From Clostridia bacterium (lineage in GTDB: Bacteria > Bacillota > Clostridia > Oscillospirales > Acutalibacteraceae), in the NCBI GenBank assembly GCA_017409475.1, contig JAFQSP010000008.1:51650-115649 (forward strand): a stretch of DNA of 64,000 bases. Reading direction: 5' to 3'. Both the position numbers and the translations under genes were made by a program. Below are positions 19,838 to 29,623 of this stretch, one piece after another (positions within the stretch are counted from its first letter, which is position 1; every line of letters begins with the position of its first letter). The notes beneath the pieces are model-generated. The model saw nothing but the letters and a program-made list of their open reading frames with translations. It did not search any database and was not told where the DNA came from.

Positions 19838-22042
19838 GTGGCCGACGAAAGATTAGAAGGTACGGTTGAATACATAACCTTTCATAACGAGGAAAACGGG
19901 TTTACCGTCCTCGAACTTGCAACCCAAGATGAGCTTGTAACGGTAGTGGGAACATTTCCGTTAATTTCACCCGGAGAAAACTTAATGCTTGTCGGCAATT
20001 ACGATACTCATCATTCCTTTGGTCGTCAGTTTAAGGCAAAGGCTTGTGAGAGAAAAATGCCCGCATCAGCGGCAGCAATACTTCGCTATCTGTCGGCCGG
20101 CGGAATAAAAGGAATCGGACCCGCAACGGCTAAAAAAATTGTGGACAAATTCGGCGAAAATTCACTTCAAATAATCGAAAAGGACCCCGAAAGGCTCGCA
20201 AGCATAAAGGGAATTACAGTGCATAAAGCCCGTCAAATTTGTGACGAATTTATGCGCCAGTTCGGTATGCGTGAGGTAATGCTGTTTTTATCCCAGTATT
20301 CGTTTACTTCCGACGAGGCTCTTGCGGTGTACAAAATATTCGGGGCGGCATCGGTTGACCGATTAAAAGCCAACCCGTTTTACTTGTGTAGTGATGAGCT
20401 CGGTTTTGACTTTGAACGTGTTGATGAAATGGCGGCTCAGCTCGGATTTGAGCACGATTTTACATTCAGAATTTATGCAGGAATCGAGTATGTTTTGCGT
20501 CATAATTTGCTGAATGGACATACCTGTATTCCGCTTGATAAGTTGTGTGCCCTTTCAAGCGGCTTGCTCGAAATCGAGAATGACAGAATAGCATCAATAA
20601 TCGAATATATGACCTCGTCAAACCGTCTTTTTATAACCGAAATTGAGGGTAGAGAGTTTGCTTATCTTCCGCATATGTACCGTGCCGAAAGCTATTGTGC
20701 AAGGAGGGTAAATGAACTTTCCAAAACCTCTTTTAAGTCATCGCTTAATATCGAAAAAGAAATATCAAAAATCGAAAAAACGCTAAAGATTGAATTTCAA
20801 GCTCGGCAAAAAGAAGCGATTAGTAACGCTTTAACTCGCGGAATAATGGTCCTCACCGGCGGTCCGGGTACAGGAAAAACGACCACTCTTAATGGAATTA
20901 TCCGCATTTTTGAAAAGCTTGAATATAATATTTGCCTTGCCGCACCTACCGGAAGAGCTGCAAAGCGTATGTCAGAGGTGACGGGTCGCGAGGCAAAAAC
21001 CTTGCATCGTTTGCTTGAGGTTGAGTGGGGATCTAATCATCGGCCTGTTTTTATGCGAAACGAGAGAAACCCGCTTGATTGTAATATTATAATCGTGGAC
21101 GAGCTGTCAATGGTTGACATAATACTATTTGAAAGTTTGCTTTCCGCAATGCCGAGAGGTTGCCGACTTATTATGGTAGGCGACTCCGACCAGCTTCCGT
21201 CGGTCGGCGCAGGGAATGTTCTTCAGGATGTGATTGAATCTGGCGTGGTGCCCGTAGTTGAACTGACCGAAATTTTTCGCCAAGCCCTCGAAAGCACGAT
21301 TATTACAAATGCGCATCTTATTGTAAAGGGTGAGGAACCGGACCTCAGCCATAAGGACACCGACTTCTTTTATTTGAATAGAAATGATGCTGTTTTTGGC
21401 GCAGATACTGTTGCCGACCTGTTTTGTCGACGTTTACCCGAAGCGTACGATTTTCTTTCAAATGGTGATATTCAGGTTCTCTGCCCGTCACGTAAGAGGG
21501 AAATGGGAACGGTGAATATCAATAATTTAATACAGCAGAGGATCAACCCACCGGCAATAAACAAGCGCGAAATGAAGCAACACGGCTGTATTCTTCGTGA
21601 GGGTGACAGGGTAATGCAGATTAAGAATAACTACGATATAATGTGGGAAAAGGACGACGGTACCGACGGCTCAGGCGTGTTCAACGGCGACGTAGGCGTT
21701 CTTAAAATGGTTGACATAAAATCAGACAGAATTATAGTTCGCTATGATGACAGAGATGCCTATTACACATATGAGGATGCCGAGCAGCTTGAGCTTGCCT
21801 ATGCGGTGACGGTACATAAAAGTCAGGGAAGTGAATTTGATTGCGTGATTCTGCCCGTGCTTGATGTTCCGCCGCAGTTAAGATACCGAAATCTGCTTTA
21901 CACCGCCGTAACACGTGCGAAAAAGCTGCTTATCCTTGTCGGCTCTCATGAGGTTGTTAATCAAATGGTCCATAATGACAAGAGAACCAAGCGTTATACG
22001 GGACTTAAAATGATGATTTCGGAGAATAGAAATGATTTATAA
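19838..22042 (+). CDS. recD2: RecD2-type ATP-dependent 5'-3' DNA helicase
   Basis: Walker A GGPGTGKTT, DELSMVD Walker B and a C-terminal TVHKSQGSE motif. The RBS AGAGGTGG overlaps the track start, so in-frame GTG 19838 is more likely than 19829. Confidence 0.88.
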   Translation: MADERLEGTVEYITFHNEENGFTVLELATQDELVTVVGTFPLISPGENLMLVGNYDTHHSFGRQFKAKACERKMPASAAAILRYLSAGGIKGIGPATAKKIVDKFGENSLQIIEKDPERLASIKGITVHKARQICDEFMRQFGMREVMLFLSQYSFTSDEALAVYKIFGAASVDRLKANPFYLCSDELGFDFERVDEMAAQLGFEHDFTFRIYAGIEYVLRHNLLNGHTCIPLDKLCALSSGLLEIENDRIASIIEYMTSSNRLFITEIEGREFAYLPHMYRAESYCARRVNELSKTSFKSSLNIEKEISKIEKTLKIEFQARQKEAISNALTRGIMVLTGGPGTGKTTTLNGIIRIFEKLEYNICLAAPTGRAAKRMSEVTGREAKTLHRLLEVEWGSNHRPVFMRNERNPLDCNIIIVDELSMVDIILFESLLSAMPRGCRLIMVGDSDQLPSVGAGNVLQDVIESGVVPVVELTEIFRQALESTIITNAHLIVKGEEPDLSHKDTDFFYLNRNDAVFGADTVADLFCRRLPEAYDFLSNGDIQVLCPSRKREMGTVNINNLIQQRINPPAINKREMKQHGCILREGDRVMQIKNNYDIMWEKDDGTDGSGVFNGDVGVLKMVDIKSDRIIVRYDDRDAYYTYEDAEQLELAYAVTVHKSQGSEFDCVILPVLDVPPQLRYRNLLYTAVTRAKKLLILVGSHEVVNQMVHNDKRTKRYTGLKMMISENRNDL

Positions 22043-22709
22043 CGATAAGCCATCGTATTGGGGATTTTTGGTTTCGCTTATCTTTCCGGTGAGGTGCTTT
22101 TGTTGCGACGGACTAATTAATTACGGCGACTATGTTTGTGACGATTGCCGAGCGGAAATTGAAAAATGCCGAAACAGACGGACAAAGGTCGTTTCATTTT
22201 ACGGTCGAAAGTATAATATTCATTCGTCATTCGAGTATACCGGTGCGGCCGAATCGGCGGTGAAGCTGATAAAATTCACCTTTAACCCCGATAATGCAAA
22301 GCCGATGGGTGACGAAATTGCCGCAAAGGTGCGTCGACTTCGCGAAACCGATTTTGATATAGTAACGGCCGTCCCTTTTACAAAGAAAGACAAGCTTGAC
22401 CGCGAATATAATCACGCGGCGTTAATGGCAAAAAGGGTATCAAAGCGGCTTTCGGTCCCTTTTAATCAAAAGGTGCTCAAAAAGATTCGCCAAACCAAGC
22501 GTCAGCATAATCTTTCGGGACTTGAAAGACGTACTAATTTAAGAGGAGCCTTTGCTGCCGACGAAAATGTGAAAGGAAAGCATATTTTGCTTATCGATGA
22601 CGTGGTAACAACGGGCGCAACCCTCTGTGAATGCGCCGATACCCTTTATCGAGCAGGTGCGAAAAAGGTAACCTGCGCCACATTTGCCGCAACAAAATAT
22701 TCAAATTGA
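22032..22709 (+). CDS. comFC: ComF-family phosphoribosyltransferase-like protein
   Basis: N-terminal Cys-rich zinc ribbon (CFCCDG...CDDC) and the PRT motif LLIDDVVTTGATL. It overlaps the recD2 3' end. Confidence 0.85.
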   Translation: MIYNDKPSYWGFLVSLIFPVRCFCCDGLINYGDYVCDDCRAEIEKCRNRRTKVVSFYGRKYNIHSSFEYTGAAESAVKLIKFTFNPDNAKPMGDEIAAKVRRLRETDFDIVTAVPFTKKDKLDREYNHAALMAKRVSKRLSVPFNQKVLKKIRQTKRQHNLSGLERRTNLRGAFAADENVKGKHILLIDDVVTTGATLCECADTLYRAGAKKVTCATFAATKYSN

Positions 22710-22766
22710 CATAATATTTTCTTTGTTATATAATTTATTTAGATAAAAAACTTGATTGGAGTTACC

Positions 22767-23789
22767 ATGTTCACTGATTTGGGAGTTGACCTCGGAACGC
22801 GAAAAACGGTTATATGCCGAGGTAAAAAAATTGTGCTTAATCAGCCTTCTGTTGTGTTGATGGAGGAATATGATAACAGCCCGTATAAATTCGGAAAGGA
22901 AGCATTCGAGGCGATTGGCCGAGTGCCGTCGCGTTACCGTGCCGTTTGTCCGATTGAAAGGGGCGTTATTTCGGATTATGACGTAGCGGAGCATATGCTT
23001 CGTTGCTATATTCAGTATGCCTGCGGAAAGCGAATGACAAAGCCGCGAGTTATTGTTTCGATGCCGTCAAATATTACGTGGGTGCAGCAGCGTTCTATCA
23101 TTGACGCGGTGCAGAATGCGGGTGGACGAAGCGTTTGTACCATCGAGTCGCCTGTAGCGGCTGCTCTCGGAATGGGGATTGATTTCAAGCGTCCTCATGG
23201 AGCAATTGTTGTCGATATTGGCGCAGGAACAACCGACGTTGCCGTTATCTCAATGGGCGGATTATCAAAATGCGAATCGCTGAGGGTAGCGGGTACCGAT
23301 ATTGATGCCGCAATTATCGATTATATGAAGCATGAGTATAACATGCTCATTGGCGAACATACCGCCGAATTTATAAAGCATCAGGTCGGGGCAGCAATAC
23401 CTCGACCGGTCGAAATTGTTATTCAGGCAAAGGGTGTCAGCGTTGCGACAGGAATGCCTAAATCGGTAGAAATTACCGCTAACGAAATATGCGAAGCGAT
23501 TTCGGACGTAGTTTACCGAATTTCGAGCGCAATTCGAAACGTACTTGATAAAACACCGCCCGAACTTGTAGGAGATATTGCCGAGGACGGTATTTATTTA
23601 ACGGGTGGAACCTCACAGCTTTCGGGAATGTCCGACTGGTTGTCAAAATATATCGGAATAAAGGTAATCACCGCCGATAACTATGAAACATGCGTTGCAC
23701 GAGGAATTGGAAATGTACTTGAACATTTTGATATTCTTAAAAATGGCGATTACGAATTCCGTACATTGCAGGATTTAATCATAGGCTAA
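22767..23789 (+). CDS. mreB: Rod-shape-determining actin homologue MreB/Mbl
   Basis: GVDLGT phosphate-1 and DIGAGTTDVAV phosphate-2 motifs. GGAG lies 6 nt before ATG 22767. The ORF track starts at 22752. Confidence 0.9.
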   Translation: MFTDLGVDLGTRKTVICRGKKIVLNQPSVVLMEEYDNSPYKFGKEAFEAIGRVPSRYRAVCPIERGVISDYDVAEHMLRCYIQYACGKRMTKPRVIVSMPSNITWVQQRSIIDAVQNAGGRSVCTIESPVAAALGMGIDFKRPHGAIVVDIGAGTTDVAVISMGGLSKCESLRVAGTDIDAAIIDYMKHEYNMLIGEHTAEFIKHQVGAAIPRPVEIVIQAKGVSVATGMPKSVEITANEICEAISDVVYRISSAIRNVLDKTPPELVGDIAEDGIYLTGGTSQLSGMSDWLSKYIGIKVITADNYETCVARGIGNVLEHFDILKNGDYEFRTLQDLIIG

Positions 23790-23810
23790 AATTTATTTTG
23801 TTATAAGGTG

Positions 23811-23850
23811 GCAAGACCGCATTAATTTTTGATTTGCGGTCTTGCTTTTT
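23811..23850 (+). terminator. Rho-independent terminator after mreB
   Basis: GCAAGACCGCA ... TGCGGTCTTGC stem followed by TTTTT. Confidence 0.8.
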
Positions 23851-23890
23851 AGATTTAATGCTGTTATAATATTCGGGCGATATAAATTTT

Positions 23891-23966
23891 GCTGGTATAG
23901 CTCAGCCGGTAGAGCAGCTGATTCGTAATCAGCAGGTCGGGTGTTCGAGTCACCTTACCAGCTCCA
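23891..23966 (+). tRNA. tRNA-Thr (anticodon CGT), CCA encoded
   Basis: Manual cloverleaf: acceptor GCTGGTA/TACCAGC, D arm GCTC-AGCCGGTA-GAGC, anticodon arm GCTGA-TTCGTAA-TCAGC, T arm GGGTG-TTCGAGT-CACCT. A TTGCTT-17-TATAAT promoter lies at 23842-23870. Confidence 0.9.
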
Positions 23967-23967
23967 T

Positions 23968-24001
23968 AAAAAAAGACACGCAGATAAGCGTGTCTTTTTT
24001 T
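23968..24001. terminator. Bidirectional terminator shared by tRNA-Thr and the ger operon
   Basis: A-run, GACACGC / GCGTGTC stem, T-run. Confidence 0.8.
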
Positions 24002-26057
24002 ATATGCTGATTTTCGCTTTTAGTTTTAGGTTTTTAAATTTTTGTTTAAATTCCGTCTTTTCAAATTCGTCGATGGTGTTATAATTTTTTGCCGCTTCGT
24101 AACCTATGCCTAAAATATCGGCACCTGCCTCAGAAATATCATTTATCGTCTCATTTAACCTTTTTGTAAGCAAGGCCTTTAAATTTTCGGGTAACTTTTC
24201 AATATTTTTATTGCCCTTTGAACAGGTTACACGAATTTTAATTTGAGCAATATTATCGTTCAGTGTGATTTTTGCCGCACCCTTTGACGAAATGGAATAT
24301 TCGTCACCGTCAAAGGCTAATTTGTAATCTTTAAGCTTACCGTTTATCGCCTTTATAATAGCGGTTTCGTCGCCGTCGAGAAAACCGGCCGCCTTTTCTC
24401 CCGAAAACATAACCGTACCGCTGATATTATCCTCGCTGTCGTCATCACCGTTTACAACATAGGCGGCTGATGCATCCTTTGTGGTCGAAAAAATCGAGTT
24501 ATAAACCTTGTTCACCGAAATGGAATCGTACATGTTGCTTTTATTTTCGTTGTTGACGGTAAGCTCGATTTCCTGCATACTACCGAATCGTTTTGCAGAA
24601 ACAAATTTTTCCGCCGAAAGGCTGCAAACAGCAAGCATGATGCTGTTTTTGGTTGACGTGTCCTCGATAATCGGCTCGATGAATTTGAGCACCCCTGTTT
24701 CTGCCAAATCATAGGAAATTGCAAGTATTCTCAGATTTTTAAGCGAGAGGGACTTTGCCTGTTGCTTTGAAATATTATTTATAACGTCGCCGAGCGATTC
24801 TCCCGACTGAATAATAATGTCGTTGTCCTCGTTCATCAGACGTATGGAATAGGAATAGGTCGACTCGGTTATACCCTCGTCAATTCCAATCATAACGGCG
24901 TATGATTCGTTTTCGATTTCACGATAATCGCCACATGAGCAAATTGACATTCCCATTCCGATAAAAAGCAGAGCCATAACAGCCTTTTTATACAATCTGA
25001 ATTTGATGACACCGCCAATAAGCAAAATTATCCCTATAATGATTAAAAATATAAAGCTGTATTGACGGTAAATTGAAAGAATACTGTTGATGTCCACCCT
25101 TGTGTTGTCAGGAATAACCCCGATTAAAAATACTAATATCGTTATGGCGAGTGTGATAATAGTCGAGCGCTTCTTTTTAATTGAAAATGTGTCGTCAATT
25201 TGCTTTATAGCCGCGCTTAAATAAATTGAAATAAAGCATATCATAGAAAGAATAATGATGAAAAGTAATATTGCCTCAAATCGCTGAAAAAATCCGCTTC
25301 TTTCAGCACCTCTTGCTATATCAATGATACCGCTTGTGCTGTTTTGCGTCAGCGAATAGGGGAATGCGAGTGAATAGCAAAAGGCGCAAGCCGTATATAC
25401 GATAAGCGCCGTTACTGTTGCGGCTATGCTGACTCGCCCAACCTTTCTGGAGCAAATTTTATCGGCAAAAATGAGCCCGATGAGAATGTTGTCAACCGAC
25501 GAAAGAGTTAGTAGGCTGCCCTTTGCCGCTCCGCCAAAACCGTAGCCGAACAGGGGATAAATATTGCCGATTTCAAATTGACCAAGTCCGGAAAAAATAA
25601 CAATTATTATGCCGAGAATAAGGCTGAAAAACACGGGTACCGCCGTTTTTGCGATTGCTTTGTGTCCCGACTTTGCCGAATAAAACGCTACAAGCATTAT
25701 TACACCCGCGATGATCACTTCGGCGGTGTTGCCGTATCCGTAGAGCTTCATCAGCCGTATGCATTCAAAAAGGCGCTCCGACATTGAAAGTATTACCGCG
25801 GCAACAATTAAGCAATTTATAACCATTCCAAAGAAGTCGCCTACGCAGTCATATACGAGGTCGGAAAGGGTATCGTGACCTGTTAGGCTTATCAACTTTA
25901 TTGCTATTGCGGTAATGATTAAAAACACGGTGCAGCCGATAAATGCCGAAATAAATGACGAGGTTGCCGATGTTTCGATGAGAAAATTGAGCGCATAGGT
26001 GTAAACGTAAACAAGCGTACCTACCGACATGACCGAATATAGCTGTAATTTACTCAT
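24000..26057 (-). CDS. Spore germination protein: GerAB-type permease fused in frame to a GerAC-type lipoprotein
   Basis: Residues 1 to about 358 form a 10-TM amino-acid-permease-like GerxB. From M361, MALLFIGMGMSICSCGDYREIENESYAVMIGIDEG is a lipoprotein-like signal followed by the GerxC N-terminal signature. No stop codon separates the two parts. Confidence 0.8.
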   Translation of the reverse strand: MSKLQLYSVMSVGTLVYVYTYALNFLIETSATSSFISAFIGCTVFLIITAIAIKLISLTGHDTLSDLVYDCVGDFFGMVINCLIVAAVILSMSERLFECIRLMKLYGYGNTAEVIIAGVIMLVAFYSAKSGHKAIAKTAVPVFFSLILGIIIVIFSGLGQFEIGNIYPLFGYGFGGAAKGSLLTLSSVDNILIGLIFADKICSRKVGRVSIAATVTALIVYTACAFCYSLAFPYSLTQNSTSGIIDIARGAERSGFFQRFEAILLFIIILSMICFISIYLSAAIKQIDDTFSIKKKRSTIITLAITILVFLIGVIPDNTRVDINSILSIYRQYSFIFLIIIGIILLIGGVIKFRLYKKAVMALLFIGMGMSICSCGDYREIENESYAVMIGIDEGITESTYSYSIRLMNEDNDIIIQSGESLGDVINNISKQQAKSLSLKNLRILAISYDLAETGVLKFIEPIIEDTSTKNSIMLAVCSLSAEKFVSAKRFGSMQEIELTVNNENKSNMYDSISVNKVYNSIFSTTKDASAAYVVNGDDDSEDNISGTVMFSGEKAAGFLDGDETAIIKAINGKLKDYKLAFDGDEYSISSKGAAKITLNDNIAQIKIRVTCSKGNKNIEKLPENLKALLTKRLNETINDISEAGADILGIGYEAAKNYNTIDEFEKTEFKQKFKNLKLKAKISI

Positions 26058-27543
26058 CGTTATCCTCCATAGCCGCCCATAATCTCGAAATTTGCGGTTG
26101 CTGACGAAGACTTTTCGGCTTTAGTGAAAACGCGCGAAGCTCCTGTTTCCAAATCGGACGCTGATATACCATGTTTCCGTTTACTGAGTTTGCCTTAACC
26201 GATGACGAAAGCATCGAAACGCCAAATGAACTTTGCTTTGCGAGCATGGTGAGAACTAAAACAATTCCTGCACCTATTCCGAGAAAGCCGAGTGTCCCGC
26301 CGAGGATGATAAACCCAAATTTCAGCACCCTTATCCCTGATGAAAGCTCATAGTCGGGAATAACGGCGTTTGCTATTCCTGAAATTGCAACAACAATGAG
26401 GGTGACTGGGCTAACTATTCCTGCTTCGACAGCCGCCTGACCGAGAATAAGACCGCCAACAACGCCAATTGCGCTTCCGATAGCGTTTGGTACCCGTAGC
26501 CCCGCCTCACGAACAAGCTCAAAAAATATTTCCATAACGATATATTCAGCCATCGCAGAGAAGGGAATTTGCCTTCGTGTTTCGGCAATTATGGTTAAAA
26601 GCTGGCTTGGTATAAGCTCGTGGTGGAAGCAGGTCAGCGCAAGAAAAATTCCCGATAAAAGTATGGATAAAATAAATGCGAATGTTCGAATAATTCGCGA
26701 AAACGTGCCGCTTTGCCATCTCTGCTGGTTTCCCTCCGGTGAGTCGAGAAGCACCGACAGCGAAATGGGCATAATGAGTGCAAAAGGCGTATTATCGCAT
26801 ATTACGGCAATTCTTCCTGCGGCAAGATATTCTGCTGTTCGGTCGGGTCTTTCGGTTGAAAGTATTGACGGAAAAAGGGACCAGGTTGAGTCCTCAATAA
26901 GCTGTTCGACCATTCCGGCACCCGAAATAAAATCACCTTTTATATTATTGAGCCTGAATTTTACCTTATTTACAAGCTCGTCGCTTGTCAAATCATCAAG
27001 GTACATAATAGCGCATTTACAGTCGTTAATTGCACCTACCGAAACAAATTCGGTGCATAGTTTTGGGCTTTTTATAATTCGTCGAAGCAGTGTGATGCTT
27101 GTTCTTATGCTTTCGGTATATCCTTCGTGAGAGCCCTTAATCACCGCTTCGGTGTCCGGTGAAGAAACCGACCTTTTATCAAATGCCTTTGTTTCAACGA
27201 TGGCGCATTTTTCGCCACCGTCGGCATAAACGAGCGTGTCCCCCATGAGAATGGATGACGCGGCTTTATCAATACAAATTTCGGCCTTTACATTGTTATA
27301 CTGAATTGCACCAAAGAGGTCGAAATCGGCTTTTTCGTTTTCATTCGACATGATAGCACGAATTATAAAATCGTTAATTCCTATTGTATTAGCCATTCCG
27401 TCGATATAAGCGAGAAAGCATTTTACTCCTTTTTTATTTTCAAATTCACGAATGATAATATCTGCATTTTTGCCGTAACAGAATTTATCCTTGATGTAAC
27501 TAATGTTTTTTAAAATATTTATATCAAAATTCACAAATAACAC
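26050..27543 (-). CDS. gerAA: Spore germination protein GerAA/GerKA family (A subunit)
   Basis: 497 aa with the typical soluble N-terminal domain plus a C-terminal 5-TM region. Its stop overlaps the downstream B/C gene start by 8 nt. The start could be GTG 27543 or GTG 27534. Confidence 0.88.
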   Translation of the reverse strand: MLFVNFDINILKNISYIKDKFCYGKNADIIIREFENKKGVKCFLAYIDGMANTIGINDFIIRAIMSNENEKADFDLFGAIQYNNVKAEICIDKAASSILMGDTLVYADGGEKCAIVETKAFDKRSVSSPDTEAVIKGSHEGYTESIRTSITLLRRIIKSPKLCTEFVSVGAINDCKCAIMYLDDLTSDELVNKVKFRLNNIKGDFISGAGMVEQLIEDSTWSLFPSILSTERPDRTAEYLAAGRIAVICDNTPFALIMPISLSVLLDSPEGNQQRWQSGTFSRIIRTFAFILSILLSGIFLALTCFHHELIPSQLLTIIAETRRQIPFSAMAEYIVMEIFFELVREAGLRVPNAIGSAIGVVGGLILGQAAVEAGIVSPVTLIVVAISGIANAVIPDYELSSGIRVLKFGFIILGGTLGFLGIGAGIVLVLTMLAKQSSFGVSMLSSSVKANSVNGNMVYQRPIWKQELRAFSLKPKSLRQQPQISRLWAAMEDNDE

Positions 27544-27627
27544 CCTTGATTAGCATTTTCAGTATTTTCGGTCATATGCACAAAGATTTTTCATATATTT
27601 TACTAAAATTGATTTGGGAGTAAATGT

Positions 27628-28863
27628 ATGAGAATTTTATTAAAAAAAGTTGTTTCATTGTTTTTGATTTTGCCCGTGATTTTTATTACTGCATCGGCTG
27701 ACGGTGAATACCAAAGAATGAATATTGTGACCGAGTACATATCATCCGATTTAATGAGCGATATTAAGGATGAGGAGGCGATTTTAACCGCTTCCGACGG
27801 TAGCCTTCAGCTTAATGCAAAATCGGCTATTTTAATTGAAATGAATTCGGGAAAGGTCCTTTTTGAAAAGGATGCGGATGTGAAAATGCCTCCTGCCTCG
27901 ATTACAAAAATAATGACGCTTTTACTTGTTATGGAGGCAATTGAGGCAAAAAAATTCGATTATAATACCGAGGTTACCTGTTCGGAACATGCGTCATCTA
28001 TGGGTGGGTCACAAATTTGGCTCGAAGTAGGTGAAAAAATGACTGTGGATGAGCTTCTTCGTGCGTCTGCAATCGGTTCCGCAAACGATGCGACTTGCGC
28101 ACTCGGCGAGCTTGTTTCGGGTAGCGAGGAGGGGTTTGTTTCGCTAATGAACGAACGTGCAAAATCACTTTCGATGACAAACACCGAGTTTAAGAACAGC
28201 ACCGGACTTGACGCCGACGGTCATTTAACAACGGCACGCGATATTGCTATAATGTCACGTGAACTTTTGAAGCACAAGGATATAACTAAATATACTACGG
28301 TTTGGATGGATTCCTTGCGTGACGGAAAAACCGAGCTTGTAAACACAAATAAACTGGTTCGGTTTTATGACGGCGCAACCGGGCTTAAAACTGGTACAAC
28401 AAGTGGTGCAGGTTGCTGCTTGTCGGCATCTGCGACAAGAGACGAATTGAGTTTAATTGCAGTTGTTCTTGGTTGCGATACAAGCAATAATCGATTTCAG
28501 GACGCTAAAAAATTGCTTAATTACGGTTTTTCAAATTATGGAAACGCAACAGTAAAAATTGCTCAGGATGAATTACCTGAGCTGCCTGTTTCAAAGGGAA
28601 CTCAATCCACCGTGACCCTCGCATCTGAAGAAAGCGTTTCGTTTTTGGTAACAAAGGGTAAGGAAGGCGATATTCAAAAAAGCTTTGATTTACCCGAAAG
28701 CTTGGTGGCGCCTATAAAGGCAGGCGAAACTGTAGGAACAATAACCTTTTCACTTGACGGAAAAACACTTGGACAGATACCTATTGTAGCATCAAATAAT
28801 ATCAAAAAAATGACATATTTAAATGCGGTATCAAGAGTGCTTTCTTCTTTGTTTTTAAAATAA
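27628..28863 (+). CDS. D-alanyl-D-alanine carboxypeptidase (PBP5/DacB-like, S11)
   Basis: Signal peptide, then SITK (SxxK), SAND (SxN) and KTGTT motifs, plus a C-terminal PBP5_C-like beta domain. Confidence 0.9.
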   Translation: MRILLKKVVSLFLILPVIFITASADGEYQRMNIVTEYISSDLMSDIKDEEAILTASDGSLQLNAKSAILIEMNSGKVLFEKDADVKMPPASITKIMTLLLVMEAIEAKKFDYNTEVTCSEHASSMGGSQIWLEVGEKMTVDELLRASAIGSANDATCALGELVSGSEEGFVSLMNERAKSLSMTNTEFKNSTGLDADGHLTTARDIAIMSRELLKHKDITKYTTVWMDSLRDGKTELVNTNKLVRFYDGATGLKTGTTSGAGCCLSASATRDELSLIAVVLGCDTSNNRFQDAKKLLNYGFSNYGNATVKIAQDELPELPVSKGTQSTVTLASEESVSFLVTKGKEGDIQKSFDLPESLVAPIKAGETVGTITFSLDGKTLGQIPIVASNNIKKMTYLNAVSRVLSSLFLK

Positions 28864-29044
28864 ATCAACAAAAAGATACAATATGCAAATCAAATAAATA
28901 TTATTTTGATGCAAAAAAATAACAGTTTCCCGGTAATGTGTAATAAAAAAATGATATTTATAAAAAATGTGTCAGCATAATATACTAAATTATTCTTTGC
29001 AATTTATATAATTCACTGAAAATTTCAAATTATCTAAAAACACC

Positions 29045-29073
29045 TTGAAATAGGCAGTGAAAAGGACTATAAT
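29045..29073 (+). promoter_or_regulatory. SigA-type promoter of the small dockerin gene
   Basis: TTGAAA (29045-29050), 17 nt, TATAAT (29068-29073). Confidence 0.5.
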
Positions 29074-29108
29074 TAGGTAGAAATAAAAATGAAAGAGAAG
29101 TATTATTT

Positions 29109-29432
29109 ATGAAAAAAATTATTGTTTCTATCATTACAGTTTGTTTCATTTTAAGCAGCATTGTTGCTGTTTTTGCAAGTGCCGCTCCTTCAGCTGACGT
29201 TAATAGAGATAATAGATCATCTGCTAACGATATTCTTGCTCTTACCCAACATATTCTTGGCGCAAATACTGTTAATAACTATAAATACGATGTTAACGAT
29301 GACGGCGTTGTTGATTCAACCGATCTTGTTGCACTTCAGAATCATATTCTCGGAATTTCTATAATCGAGGAAGAAGCTGCTGAGGAAGATCCGTTTGAAC
29401 CCGGCATCGAAGACGCAGAAGACGAACTTTAA
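29109..29432 (+). CDS. Secreted 107-aa protein made only of a signal peptide, one dockerin module and an acidic tail
   Basis: Signal peptide MKKIIVSIITVCFILSSIVAVFASA. Two F-hand repeats, DVNRDNRSSANDILALTQHILG and DVNDDGVVDSTDLVALQNHILG. Tail EEEAAEEDPFEPGIEDAEDEL. Confidence 0.8.
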   Translation: MKKIIVSIITVCFILSSIVAVFASAAPSADVNRDNRSSANDILALTQHILGANTVNNYKYDVNDDGVVDSTDLVALQNHILGISIIEEEAAEEDPFEPGIEDAEDEL

Positions 29433-29451
29433 TATCCAATTTTAAATGTAT

Positions 29452-29488
29452 AAAAAGCCTTTGACCGAATTTGGTCAAAGGCTTTTTT
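29452..29488 (+). terminator. Rho-independent terminator after the dockerin gene
   Basis: AGCCTTTGACC ... GGTCAAAGGCT stem followed by TTTTTT. Confidence 0.8.
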
Positions 29489-29580
29489 GTATAACGAAAA
29501 CCACGCAATAGCCGCGTGGTTTTAAAATAGGTTTATAAACAAAATTAAGTGAAAAATTAAAAATCGAAATCAAAATTATG

Positions 29581-29612
29581 AATAGCCTCCCTCGTTAAAG
29601 GGAGGCTATTTT
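29581..29612 (-). terminator. Hairpin terminator downstream of dapB
   Basis: AATAGCCTCCCT / AGGGAGGCTATT stem directly 3' of the minus-strand dapB stop. A further hairpin lies at 29498-29524. Confidence 0.6.
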
Positions 29613-29623
29613 AAACTGTTTTT

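Noticed and set aside
27544-27627. Forespore SigG/SigF-type promoter for the gerA operon (on the minus strand, GCATA, 18 nt, then ATGCTAAT)
   Set aside because: It is plausible biologically, but the match to the -10 consensus is loose and I cannot score it without a matrix. I did not list it as a feature.
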